This document shows positions 9,148 through 18,209 of a stretch of 48,506 nucleotides of DNA, piece by piece (the stretch's first letter is position 1; each line of letters opens with the position of its first letter). A program made the position numbers and the translations under genes. The stretch is taken from assembly GCA_043815345.1 (NCBI GenBank), contig JBDRJA010000131.1, forward strand, positions 1 to 48,506, written 5' to 3'. The notes under the pieces were generated by a model. It ran no database searches and was not told the origin of the DNA. It saw nothing but the letters and a program-made list of their open reading frames with translations. Source of the stretch: Patescibacteria group bacterium. Its GTDB lineage: Bacteria; Patescibacteriota; Patescibacteriia; Patescibacteriales; CAYMCJ01.

Positions 9148-10611
9148 TCAATGTTTTTCAAGCTTAGTTATGTATTTAAAATAGAAAGGTATGTAGTGCC
9201 TAAAAGTCTTAGCTAGATTTCTCCAGCTAGACTGCTTTAAAACAGACTTATAACCATAGAAACCAAAAAATATCCAGGTGTATAACCCCGAAAGAGGAAG
9301 CGATATAAGAAGCTTGGTAAATGGTCTTAACACTGGAAACTGTACTATAATACCAAAGAGTTTGTGCAAATTTATTATTTGGCGGTTTAATTTCTTATTA
9401 CCAAAATCAAGTATTGAAGTTGTCTTATTTGAAACATGTATTTTTTCAAAATCTGAATTAAACATACCCTTTTCAATGGCTATTTGTTCTATTTCCGTTC
9501 CGGGATAGGGGTATAAAATTGAGCTCCAGGCGAACTGCGGCCTAACTTTTATATTAAAATCAAGTGTCTCAAAATCTACTTCAAGCGGGTTCTCAACTGG
9601 CAGACCTATTAAGTTTTGTGTAAAAATATTAATTTTATTTTTTCGAAGTATTTCACTTGACTGCAGTATTTGTTCATTTGTAATTGAGCGTCTGAGGATT
9701 TTATCGGCTACCTCATTATTGCCGCATTCCACTCCCATCCAAACATATTTACATCCAGCTTTTTTAAGAAGCCTCCCAATTTCTTCCTGGCACATTAGAT
9801 TTGCGCGGACATTACAGCTAAATGGCAGATTTATCTCACTAGAAAATTTTTCAGCGAATTCTTTTAGCCACCCCTTTGGCTTTAACAAAAACGTATCATC
9901 GTCAAGGCATACATTATCCAGGCCGTAGTTAGCCTTAACCTGTTTCATTTCAGCAATTAAGTTATCTACGGATCTATAACGAAGCAAAGATCCTTTACCG
10001 CGGGTCATTCTATTATAGGTATGGTTAAAGCAGTAAGTGCAATTATAGGGGCAGCCGCGCATAGCCATGAAAAGCTTGTTTCCCTTAGATGCTATTACTG
10101 GGTCAGCGCTATACATAATTTCCCTGTCGGGAAACGGCAGGCTGTCAAGGTCTTCAACGAGAGGCCCGAGTTCATTTCTAATAATAGTGCCGTCAGATTT
10201 CTTAAAGAAAAAATTATTTATGTTTAAATAATTTTCCCCATGCTCCAACTTTTCCAGAAGTTCAGGAAAAGCAATATCCCCTTCGCCCCGGCAGACAGCA
10301 TCCACGCCTTCCTTTCTAATTATTGATGGGTGGAAGGTGGCGTGGGGACCGCCAAATACAGAGAAACATTTATAATGTTTCTTTATCATTTTATTTAAAT
10401 CAAGGTGGTAATTATGCTCACCAGTCATAATGCTGTAGGCGATAACTTTAGGCGCATACTCTTTAACTTTGGCGACAATTTCCTCGTCAGAATACTCTTC
10501 GGTTAGAATTAATTTTGCTTCATGCTTCCGATCTTTTATTATGCTCGAGAGTGTCATTATTCCAAGCCGTTCTTGCATGCCCGTATTTTTCTGTAAAAAG
10601 AGGACTTTCAT
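9148..10611 (-). CDS. B12-binding-domain radical SAM protein (class B rSAM), paralogue 2
   Basis: MRGCPYNCTYCF cluster motif and VCRGEGDIAF in the B12 domain. The start at MKVLFLQ (ATG 10611) parallels the N-termini of the paralogues; the ORF track extends to 10659. Confidence 0.85.
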   Translation of the reverse strand: MKVLFLQKNTGMQERLGIMTLSSIIKDRKHEAKLILTEEYSDEEIVAKVKEYAPKVIAYSIMTGEHNYHLDLNKMIKKHYKCFSVFGGPHATFHPSIIRKEGVDAVCRGEGDIAFPELLEKLEHGENYLNINNFFFKKSDGTIIRNELGPLVEDLDSLPFPDREIMYSADPVIASKGNKLFMAMRGCPYNCTYCFNHTYNRMTRGKGSLLRYRSVDNLIAEMKQVKANYGLDNVCLDDDTFLLKPKGWLKEFAEKFSSEINLPFSCNVRANLMCQEEIGRLLKKAGCKYVWMGVECGNNEVADKILRRSITNEQILQSSEILRKNKINIFTQNLIGLPVENPLEVDFETLDFNIKVRPQFAWSSILYPYPGTEIEQIAIEKGMFNSDFEKIHVSNKTTSILDFGNKKLNRQIINLHKLFGIIVQFPVLRPFTKLLISLPLSGLYTWIFFGFYGYKSVLKQSSWRNLAKTFRHYIPFYFKYITKLEKH

Positions 10612-10733
10612 AAGTAATTTATTCTTTAATTTATATACAATACCCAAATTATGTTCCAATTAGAATGAATTTGTGAAGACATGGGGAAATAACGGTTCGC
10701 GGGCTATTTATAAATCGTATATTCTAAATAATA

Positions 10734-12560
10734 TTAAAATTTATATATAAATATATCGTTACTCTGAAATACTAATTCTGTATCTGAAAATTGATTAATA
10801 ATCTCTTCTTCCAACGGACCAGTTGATAATATATAATCCAAACGATATTTCTTTAATTCTGTTTCGAAATCTTTCGCCAAAAATTCTTGATAATCTTTCG
10901 GGAATTTTTTTAATCTTTCTTCTAGTAATGGGTCAAAAGAATCGGGAAATTGCCTTACGTTATGTATGCCTTGCCAATTAGAAGCTAGAACTCCCTGGAT
11001 TGCTCTCTTATTATCTTCTAAATATTGACTAATATTTTCACGGCCGATTCCGCCTAAACGTATATTTACCATATAATTATAATGAAGACGTTCGGAAGGC
11101 ATTAAAGAAAATCCCCAACCACCGGCATAAACATTGCAATGAGTGAAAGCGGGGATTAAATTATTTAAACCATAGCCCTCTTTTTTAGGCTCAATAACAA
11201 GAACTACGCAATCTTTCTGACGATTATTCAACCAATCAAAAGCTGGTTTATATGTTTGTAATTTAGTAAAATAATTAAAATTATTACTATAGGTTCCGGC
11301 TTGAATCCAAATACCATAAACGAAAGATGAACTAATTACTATTAGCATTATTAGCCTCCATAAATTCCAAAATTTTATTTTAATTACATTATAAATTAAT
11401 ACCAATACTACGACCATTGATAATGGTATGGTATATTGAACAAAATGGAACGGCCAAATCGTAATCCCGGTAATTATTTGCTGACTAAAAACTAAAAAAC
11501 CTCCAAAAATAAATGATAAACAAAATATACGCCAAGGTTTTAAGTTTGATAAGCTAAATTGCCCCTTAGAAATTGATCTATTATTAACAATTAATCTAAG
11601 CTTTTTGTAAAATGTGGGAACGGACAAAATGAAATAAAATAGCAAAGTAGCTAATAAAACTTTATTAAATATCGGATAATGCGTATAAAATAAGCCTGTC
11701 CTAAGAACAGACTCTTTATATAACAAACTTTTATTTGCCTGATATGACATATACCAATATGGTAAAGTTAATATAATTGTTAAAAAGCCTATCACAGCAA
11801 AACCTTTAACTATAACAAACTTCTTTAGCGCAAAATAAATAATGCTTAATACTGCTAAAATTGATAAAGCTAAGCCCCAGCTGAAAAAATAACTACCAAT
11901 CATTAAAGATAAAAAAATGCTAGCAAATATAATCAATGTTTTTTTGTATTTATTATTATTTGCAATTGACCAAAGGCATAACAAAAATGAAAATAAAAAA
12001 ATAGCTCCTAACACAGGGTTAACAGGCCTTGACCACAAAAGAAAACTACTCGCAATTCTATCCCCCGTTAAATAGATCCATAAACTTCGGTAATCCACTA
12101 AGTCATAGCCCAAAACTATGAGCAGGGCTCCGCTAATTGCATTTATTTTATTAGACAATAAATTAACATTTGCTGCGAGCTTATGAATTAAAAAATAAGC
12201 CAAAAGGAATAAAATAAAAGGTAAAATAAATTTACTGGCGATTGATACATTCGTTAATGAAATTCCAAATAATAAACTCGGAAGAGCATAAAACATCTCT
12301 CCTACGGGGGGCATTAGCGGCCACTCATCTTTATATTCAAAAAATACCGGAGATCCTAGTAGATAGTGCCCGTCTATAATATCTCTCATCCTGAATAAAT
12401 AAGCGTCTTCGTTGGCAGTGCCCATCATTGGTATGCCTTGATACTTATCTCCTAAGGACATAATACCAATAAGATGGGGCATTAAATAAATCAGGCCTAC
12501 TAAAGTTGCAAAAATTAAAGCTAAATAATGTTTCTTTAAAAAAATTTTAGTTTTATTCAT
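10734..12560 (-). CDS. Large polytopic membrane protein (about 12-14 TM plus C-terminal soluble domain), function unknown, possibly GT-C/polymerase-like
   Basis: 608-aa ORF. Hydrophobic helices run through about aa 430, followed by a ~170-aa hydrophilic tail. No diagnostic motif recognised. Confidence 0.55.
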   Translation of the reverse strand: MNKTKIFLKKHYLALIFATLVGLIYLMPHLIGIMSLGDKYQGIPMMGTANEDAYLFRMRDIIDGHYLLGSPVFFEYKDEWPLMPPVGEMFYALPSLLFGISLTNVSIASKFILPFILFLLAYFLIHKLAANVNLLSNKINAISGALLIVLGYDLVDYRSLWIYLTGDRIASSFLLWSRPVNPVLGAIFLFSFLLCLWSIANNNKYKKTLIIFASIFLSLMIGSYFFSWGLALSILAVLSIIYFALKKFVIVKGFAVIGFLTIILTLPYWYMSYQANKSLLYKESVLRTGLFYTHYPIFNKVLLATLLFYFILSVPTFYKKLRLIVNNRSISKGQFSLSNLKPWRIFCLSFIFGGFLVFSQQIITGITIWPFHFVQYTIPLSMVVVLVLIYNVIKIKFWNLWRLIMLIVISSSFVYGIWIQAGTYSNNFNYFTKLQTYKPAFDWLNNRQKDCVVLVIEPKKEGYGLNNLIPAFTHCNVYAGGWGFSLMPSERLHYNYMVNIRLGGIGRENISQYLEDNKRAIQGVLASNWQGIHNVRQFPDSFDPLLEERLKKFPKDYQEFLAKDFETELKKYRLDYILSTGPLEEEIINQFSDTELVFQSNDIFIYKF

Positions 12561-12566
12561 AGTCTA

Positions 12567-13400
12567 CTACTTTTTTCCAACAAAATAAAAACCATAAGCT
12601 ATATTTTCGCTGGTTGAAAATTTAGAAATTAAAAAATCAATTAAATTTAAGGGGGATAATATTATCAAAAAAAATAAAAAAAATATCTGTTGAATCTTGG
12701 TAAACCCCAAGCTCAAAATAGTTGCCAGCCATTCACTAAAAATATAAACCAGGGCTGACGTCGGTCCGCATCTAACCCCGCATTCAATTTCCTTAAAACT
12801 TTTTAACATCTCTCTCATGCCCAACTTAGTCCACCGATAATAATCACTAGGAGATGAGTGGAAGCTAGCCACAAATGGCACAGCTAGATATAGAATTCCT
12901 TCTGGTTTTAATACTCTATATATTTCTCGGACAATAACCTCTGGATTTTTTACATGCTCTAAAACAAATTCATTAATAACCGCATCTATTGAGTTGTCAA
13001 TAAATGGAAGCCTGGCTATATCAGCGACAATGTCAACGTTCTGAAACGGATAAAAATCAATATTAATAACATCGTCCCTAACTCTTTTTACCCCCGAACC
13101 AAGATTTAAAATTATTTTGTCTTTATTTAACTTTTCTATCGCCTTTTTGGCATTTTTACCAACAAATGATGCTCCAAGAATTATATAAACAAAAGAAAAA
13201 AAACGAGGATATTTTTTAAACAAAAGCTTTATTTTATTTACTAAAATATCCTTATTGTCCTCTGTGAAACCCCGGCCAGCATTCTTAATAAAATGGGCTT
13301 TATTATCCTTTACAAAAAAAAATTCTTCGTCCTTTTTAAGAGGAATTTCTTTATTATTTATTTGAAGGCTTAATTTACTATCTTCTTTATTAATTTTCAT
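12567..13400 (-). CDS. Class I SAM-dependent methyltransferase with C-terminal membrane anchor
   Basis: ILNLGSGV motif I and VLEHVKNPE...VLKPEGILYL. ATG at 13400 overlaps the upstream TGA stop (ATGA), so it is preferred over the start at 13427. Confidence 0.75.
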   Translation of the reverse strand: MKINKEDSKLSLQINNKEIPLKKDEEFFFVKDNKAHFIKNAGRGFTEDNKDILVNKIKLLFKKYPRFFSFVYIILGASFVGKNAKKAIEKLNKDKIILNLGSGVKRVRDDVINIDFYPFQNVDIVADIARLPFIDNSIDAVINEFVLEHVKNPEVIVREIYRVLKPEGILYLAVPFVASFHSSPSDYYRWTKLGMREMLKSFKEIECGVRCGPTSALVYIFSEWLATILSLGFTKIQQIFFLFFLIILSPLNLIDFLISKFSTSENIAYGFYFVGKK

Positions 13401-14161
13401 TTTTTTACCATTACAATCCATCCGCAATTATTTGGCGGAGGAGTAATTTTTATCTCTCTAAATTTAAGATCTTTAAACAAGGCTTGAATTTCCTCTTTTC
13501 TCCAATAGTTAGCTACTTCCGGAATTAGCTGATCAAAGACTATACTATGTATATGCCAAAATTTAAAAGTTGACAGCTGTTTTAAATAATCGCTTGGGCC
13601 CCTAAAAATTTTAATAAACATCCAGAGTGGAATTGATAAAAAATAACTCAAAAAATGAACTAAGGGCAAGGGTAACTTGGAAGTAACATTCTTTCTAATC
13701 GGATTTATGTATTTTATTATCCATCTATACCCCTCATAACTATAAACCCAAAGCAACAAAATTCCGCCTTCTTTTACTGAGTCAAGTAATTTCTTTATAG
13801 CTTGCGCGGGGTCTTTCAGGTGGTGTATGACGCCAATACTAAACACCATGTCAAATTTATTTTGCCAATCAATATCATAAATACTCTTAAATATTATATG
13901 GGCATTATTAAATTCATTTAAATTCTTTTTAGCAGCTTCTACTGATCTCTTGTCATAATCAAATGCTACTAACTCTTTCGCTCCCCACTTAAGCGGCCAG
14001 TAACTATTCCGACCCATTCCACAGCCGGCATCTAGCACTTTTCTGTCCTTAAAATCTTCTGGTCCCAGAGGATGAATCCAGTTTCTGAATTGTTTTTCAT
14101 AATTTGAATCTAAGTTGGAATATTTATCCCATTCAAATCCAAAGCGGTCGCTTGATGACAT
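13397..14161 (-). CDS. Class I SAM-dependent methyltransferase
   Basis: VLDAGCGMGRNS motif I and GVIHHLKDP...VKEGGILLLWVY. ATG at 14161 lies 1 nt after the upstream stop; the ORF track extends to 14200. Confidence 0.8.
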   Translation of the reverse strand: MSSSDRFGFEWDKYSNLDSNYEKQFRNWIHPLGPEDFKDRKVLDAGCGMGRNSYWPLKWGAKELVAFDYDKRSVEAAKKNLNEFNNAHIIFKSIYDIDWQNKFDMVFSIGVIHHLKDPAQAIKKLLDSVKEGGILLLWVYSYEGYRWIIKYINPIRKNVTSKLPLPLVHFLSYFLSIPLWMFIKIFRGPSDYLKQLSTFKFWHIHSIVFDQLIPEVANYWRKEEIQALFKDLKFREIKITPPPNNCGWIVMVKK

Positions 14162-14162
14162 A

Positions 14163-14753
14163 CTATTTTTTACAAATAAAAATAAATTCCATTTGATCAA
14201 AACCGCCTACCCAGAAACACCAAATACGGCTGCAAAAAGACGGGCTTAAATTCGCTAAAAAAGAAATTACTTTATTTAATATTTTTAAGATTTTAATCGC
14301 CGCCAGCCCATAGCCCATGCTTGGCAATAAGTGAAAAAATGACAGCCAGCTTAATTTTAGCTTTTGTAAATCAAATTCCACTCCGAAAAATCCAGATTTA
14401 GTAAAACTTTTATTAAAATAAAGCGGGAAAGTAATATCAAAACCATGAGCATGTTCGGCATGAGTAAAACCCCGGCTAAAATGCGGTACTTTAATAATTA
14501 GCTTGCCTTTTGGTTGTAAAATCCGATGTAATTCTTTCATTACTAAAAAGGGCTTATCCAAATGCTCTAAAATATGCGAAACCTGTATAAGCTCAAAGCT
14601 GTTATCAGGAAAGGGGTAAGGAAAAACATTTAAGTTATGCAGGACATCTGGATTAGTCATTTTATTCCAGTCAATATTAATGTATCCTTCTTTTCGGTCA
14701 ACTCCCGCTCCTAGATTAAGTTTTTTGATATTATCATTCATAATTATTGACAT
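14163..14753 (-). CDS. Class I SAM-dependent methyltransferase
   Basis: LNLGAGVD motif I and SHILEHLDKPF...LQPKGKLIIKVP. Confidence 0.75.
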   Translation of the reverse strand: MSIIMNDNIKKLNLGAGVDRKEGYINIDWNKMTNPDVLHNLNVFPYPFPDNSFELIQVSHILEHLDKPFLVMKELHRILQPKGKLIIKVPHFSRGFTHAEHAHGFDITFPLYFNKSFTKSGFFGVEFDLQKLKLSWLSFFHLLPSMGYGLAAIKILKILNKVISFLANLSPSFCSRIWCFWVGGFDQMEFIFICKK

Positions 14754-14822
14754 TTTAGTAGAATGTAACTAATATTATAGATATTATCGTTCATTCTATT
14801 CATATTTAAAAGGAGGTTTAAA

Positions 14823-15332
14823 TTGCAAACTTACACACATATAAATGTAGGTATATTAACAAGTTTGATATTTTTCGCGCATGACATGATATTATTTATT
14901 AGCTTCCTCATTGGTTCAGTTGCTCCTGATATAATATTTATTCCTAAATTATTATTGGATAAAATAAAAAATAAAAAACCCTTTGTTGATCAATCTAAAA
15001 TGTTTAGTTTGCTTTGTGAAATAGCTAGTTCTCTTCCTCTTTGGGTCTTGCTAACAAGAATCTTAAGCTATAATTTTACACTCTTTATTTTGTTTTTAGC
15101 TGGATCAACACATTTACTTATTGATATTTTAACCCACAGCGAGAAAAAATACAAAAAGACAGATCCTTCATATATTTGGCCAATTTATCCTTACCTGACT
15201 AACTATAAATTAAATGGAGCTTGGGAATACCGCTATGATTATGGAGTACTGGTTCCTAAACCTTTGGAGTCAATAATCTTTTTCACCACGGCAATGGCGT
15301 CACTGTATTTAGCTATTATCAAATACTACTAA
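14823..15332 (+). CDS. Membrane-bound metal-dependent hydrolase-like protein (YdjM/DUF457-like)
   Basis: The only plus-strand gene. TTG start lies 6 nt after AGGAGG (14811-14816). Motifs MQTYTHINVG, GSVAPDI and THLLIDILTHS resemble the YdjM family, with 4-5 TM helices. Confidence 0.5.
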   Translation: MQTYTHINVGILTSLIFFAHDMILFISFLIGSVAPDIIFIPKLLLDKIKNKKPFVDQSKMFSLLCEIASSLPLWVLLTRILSYNFTLFILFLAGSTHLLIDILTHSEKKYKKTDPSYIWPIYPYLTNYKLNGAWEYRYDYGVLVPKPLESIIFFTTAMASLYLAIIKYY

Positions 15333-15365
15333 TCTTGACTAAAATTACCAGTCAAGATTTTTTTA
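15332..15365. terminator. Hairpin terminator between convergent genes
   Basis: 9-bp stem ATCTTGACT (15332-15340) / AGTCAAGAT (15350-15358), 9-nt loop, then a T-run on the plus strand. Lies between the plus-strand gene stop and the asnB-like stop at 15363. Confidence 0.55.
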
Positions 15366-16742
15366 TTCCAACCATTTACTCCACCACATCTGAAAAACCA
15401 TTAAAGTCCAAATTAATTTACGATTGTCTTTTTTCTTAAGAAAATGATCATTCAAAAGCCTATTAATATAATTATAATCAAATAATCCTTGTTTTACCAA
15501 TTTTTCTCGGGAAAGTAATTTAAGCGCTAAAGGTTTTAGTTCTTTGGTCAGCCATTCAGCCATTGGTATACCAAATCCTTTTTTAGGACGATTTATTATT
15601 TCTTTAGGTAATTTATCTTCCATTAACTTTTTAAAAATATATTTAGTTTTCAACCCCTTAATTTTAAAATCCATGGGGATATTATTTACAAAATCAACTA
15701 CTTTATAATCAATTAACGGTGTCCGCACTTCTAGAGAATTGTACATGCTAGCGCGGTCCGCCTTGACTAATATATCGTCCATTAAATACATCCGCAAATA
15801 AAGGTATATTAATTGATTATAAAAATTTTCTCCTTTAACATTTTTTAAATAATTATCAATATCATTAAATTCATTTTCTGCATTTATCTTATTTAAAACG
15901 TGGGGGAGAAATAATTTCTTTTTTTGCGCAGAGGTGAAAGACCCCAGCCATCTTTGGTCTCGATATTTTTTTTCTCCATAAAAACCTTTAACAAAACTCT
16001 TGGCAGCAAAATCAAAACTTATATTTTTAAAAGACGTGGGTAAACTCAAAACAATTTTTTCAATTATTTTTTTTCTTAGCCACTCGGGTATTTTTTCATA
16101 AACTTCTGCAAACTTATGAGCTCGAAAGGTATCATAACCACAAAATAATTCATCACCGCCATCACCTGCCAGGGAAACAGTTACATGCTCCCGGGCGAAT
16201 TGCGATAAGAGATAAGTGGGCACTATCGAAGCGTCGGCCAATGGCTCGTCAAGTAAATCAGCGATCTTAGGAATTAATTCCAATAAATCGCTGGCGCTTA
16301 ATATTTTTTCATGATGTTCTGTTTTTAAATACTTGGCTACAAGTCTCGCATATTTGGATTCGTCAAAACTTTGTTCCCCGAAGCCAATCGAAAAAGTTTT
16401 TATTTTTTGTTTACTATTTTTTTGAGCATAATAGCAAATCGCACTACTATCAATTCCCCCGCTCAAAAATACTCCTAACGGTACATCACTCATCAATCTT
16501 TCTTTCACTGCCTTATCAATTTTGTCATCTAGCCTCTCTACTATGTCATTAAAATTATAATCCTTACTTTTTTCCTCAAATTTTATATCCCAGAAACATT
16601 CTTTTTTTATATTTTTCCCATCATATTTTAAGTAATGCCCCGGTTCTAATTTATATACATTTTGAAAAATTGAATTAGGGGTAGGAACATATTCATAAGT
16701 TAAATATTTATTTAATGATTCTAAATCTATTTTTTTTTTCAA
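15363..16742 (-). CDS. Asparagine synthase (glutamine-hydrolysing) family amidotransferase, C-terminal synthetase-domain fragment (AsnB/WbpS-like)
   Basis: PP-loop SGGIDSS and a conserved AsnB C-terminal domain. The ORF begins only at a TTG inside the A10 tract and has no N-terminal GATase domain of its own. Confidence 0.8.
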   Translation of the reverse strand: MKKKIDLESLNKYLTYEYVPTPNSIFQNVYKLEPGHYLKYDGKNIKKECFWDIKFEEKSKDYNFNDIVERLDDKIDKAVKERLMSDVPLGVFLSGGIDSSAICYYAQKNSKQKIKTFSIGFGEQSFDESKYARLVAKYLKTEHHEKILSASDLLELIPKIADLLDEPLADASIVPTYLLSQFAREHVTVSLAGDGGDELFCGYDTFRAHKFAEVYEKIPEWLRKKIIEKIVLSLPTSFKNISFDFAAKSFVKGFYGEKKYRDQRWLGSFTSAQKKKLFLPHVLNKINAENEFNDIDNYLKNVKGENFYNQLIYLYLRMYLMDDILVKADRASMYNSLEVRTPLIDYKVVDFVNNIPMDFKIKGLKTKYIFKKLMEDKLPKEIINRPKKGFGIPMAEWLTKELKPLALKLLSREKLVKQGLFDYNYINRLLNDHFLKKKDNRKLIWTLMVFQMWWSKWLE

Positions 16743-17238
16743 ATTGTGGATGCTCTAACAAAGCTTTTAGCTCTGACCCAAAAATAAAAGTATCTTTAAA
16801 TACTCCCCAAAAAAGTGGTTTTTTCCCCATTCGATCACGCGACAAAATTATCTTCTTCCTTTTTTTATCAAAAATAGCGATCGCAAACATTCCGTTTAGC
16901 TTAGAAAAAACCTGATCTCCTATTTCTTCATATAAATGAATAATTACTTCGGTGTCTGTTTTACTTTTAAAATTATGTTTTTCTTTAAGTTTTTCACGAA
17001 GCTCCTGAAAATTATAAATTTCCCCATTAAAAACAATCAAAACTGAACCATCTTCATTACTCATTGGCTGATGACCAGCTGAACTTAAATCAATAATGGA
17101 AAGCCTTTTGTGTCCCAAGCCAATAGTTCCGTCAAAATAAAAACCTTCATCATCAGGCCCTCTGTGATGAAGCTTATCGGTCATCTTTGCCAAAATTTCT
17201 TTATTACCCGAACCCCAAAAACCTGCTATTCCACACAT
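16708..17238 (-). CDS. Asparagine synthase family, N-terminal class II glutaminase (Ntn) domain fragment
   Basis: MCGIAGFWG (catalytic Cys2) and RGPDDEG. Terminates 10 codons after the A10 tract and overlaps the C-terminal fragment by 35 nt in another frame. Confidence 0.8.
   Translation of the reverse strand: MCGIAGFWGSGNKEILAKMTDKLHHRGPDDEGFYFDGTIGLGHKRLSIIDLSSAGHQPMSNEDGSVLIVFNGEIYNFQELREKLKEKHNFKSKTDTEVIIHLYEEIGDQVFSKLNGMFAIAIFDKKRKKIILSRDRMGKKPLFWGVFKDTFIFGSELKALLEHPQFEKKNRFRIIK
16730..16739 (-). repeat. A10 homopolymer tract (coding strand) at the asnB-like frameshift site
   Basis: T10 on the plus strand at 16730-16739. Removing one A fuses the two ORFs as ...EHPQFEKKIDLESLNKYL... Confidence 0.9.
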
Positions 17239-17241
17239 AAT

Positions 17242-18186
17242 TTATATATTTATTTTTTTCTTAATATTATAAGTTGGCTTGTCTTGGCTCTCAAAATAAT
17301 CTCTTGCTATCATCTCGGCCAATAACCCCATCAATACAAATTGCAAACTAATAATTATAAAAAATACGCTAAGTAAGGGCAAGGGGGTTTGAATTAAAGT
17401 TGCATAACCGCTAAAACGTAAATAAAGAGCGAAACTAAAACTAATTAATCCTAAAATAAAAGAAAATATGCCAACCCCGCCAAAAAAATGCATAGGGCGG
17501 GTAGAATACTTTGTTAAAAATTTAACGGTTAATAAATCTAAAGTTACTTTAAATGTCCTAAAAATTCCGTACTTAGTTTTTCCGAACCTGCGCGGGCGGT
17601 GGTTTGTAACTACTTCTGTTATTTTAGCGCCCTGCCAAACGGCTAAAGCAGGTATAAATCTATGCATTTCTCCGTATAATTTAATATTTTTAATAACATT
17701 TTTACGGTAAGCTTTCATAGTACAGCCATAATCATGTAAATTTACTTTAGTAATTTTAGAAATTATATAATTGGCTGCCCAGGAAGGAATTTTTCTTGAA
17801 ATTAAATTATCTTGACGTTTTTTTCTCCAGCCAGAAACTATGTCGTAGCCTTCTTGTATTTTATTAAGCAAAATAGGAATGTCTTTAGGATCGTTTTGCA
17901 TATCAGCATCCATTGGAATTATTATATCCCCGTTAGAATACTTAAAGCCAGCCGCCATAGCCGCCGTTTGGCCAAAATTTCTATTGAAATCTATAATTTT
18001 AACGTTGCTGTTGTTGCCCGCCTCTTCTTCTAAAATAGCCATACTTTTATCAATTGAGCCATCGTTAACGGCAATTATTTCAAACTCAATAGCCAGTCGC
18101 GAAACAACCTCAATTATTTCTTTAAATAATTTCTTTAAACTATCTTCTTCATTATATATAGGGATTACAATTGATAACTTTTGCAT
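17242..18186 (-). CDS. GT2 polyprenyl-phosphate glycosyltransferase (ArnC/GtrB/DPM1-like) with two C-terminal TM helices
   Basis: LSIVIPIYNEE, NDGSIDKS and DADMQNDP, with a C-terminal hydrophobic pair typical of GtrB/ArnC. Confidence 0.8.
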   Translation of the reverse strand: MQKLSIVIPIYNEEDSLKKLFKEIIEVVSRLAIEFEIIAVNDGSIDKSMAILEEEAGNNSNVKIIDFNRNFGQTAAMAAGFKYSNGDIIIPMDADMQNDPKDIPILLNKIQEGYDIVSGWRKKRQDNLISRKIPSWAANYIISKITKVNLHDYGCTMKAYRKNVIKNIKLYGEMHRFIPALAVWQGAKITEVVTNHRPRRFGKTKYGIFRTFKVTLDLLTVKFLTKYSTRPMHFFGGVGIFSFILGLISFSFALYLRFSGYATLIQTPLPLLSVFFIIISLQFVLMGLLAEMIARDYFESQDKPTYNIKKKINI

Positions 18187-18209
18187 AATATTTATAATTA
18201 TTTTATAGA

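Noticed and set aside
5507-10611. RiPP-type cluster (radical SAM plus ABC exporter plus HTH, and the SPASM radical SAM at 24303-25328).
   Set aside because: No plausible short precursor-peptide ORF, peptidase or RiPP recognition element was seen next to any radical SAM gene. All neighbours are glycan enzymes, so a glycan or lipid substrate is more parsimonious.
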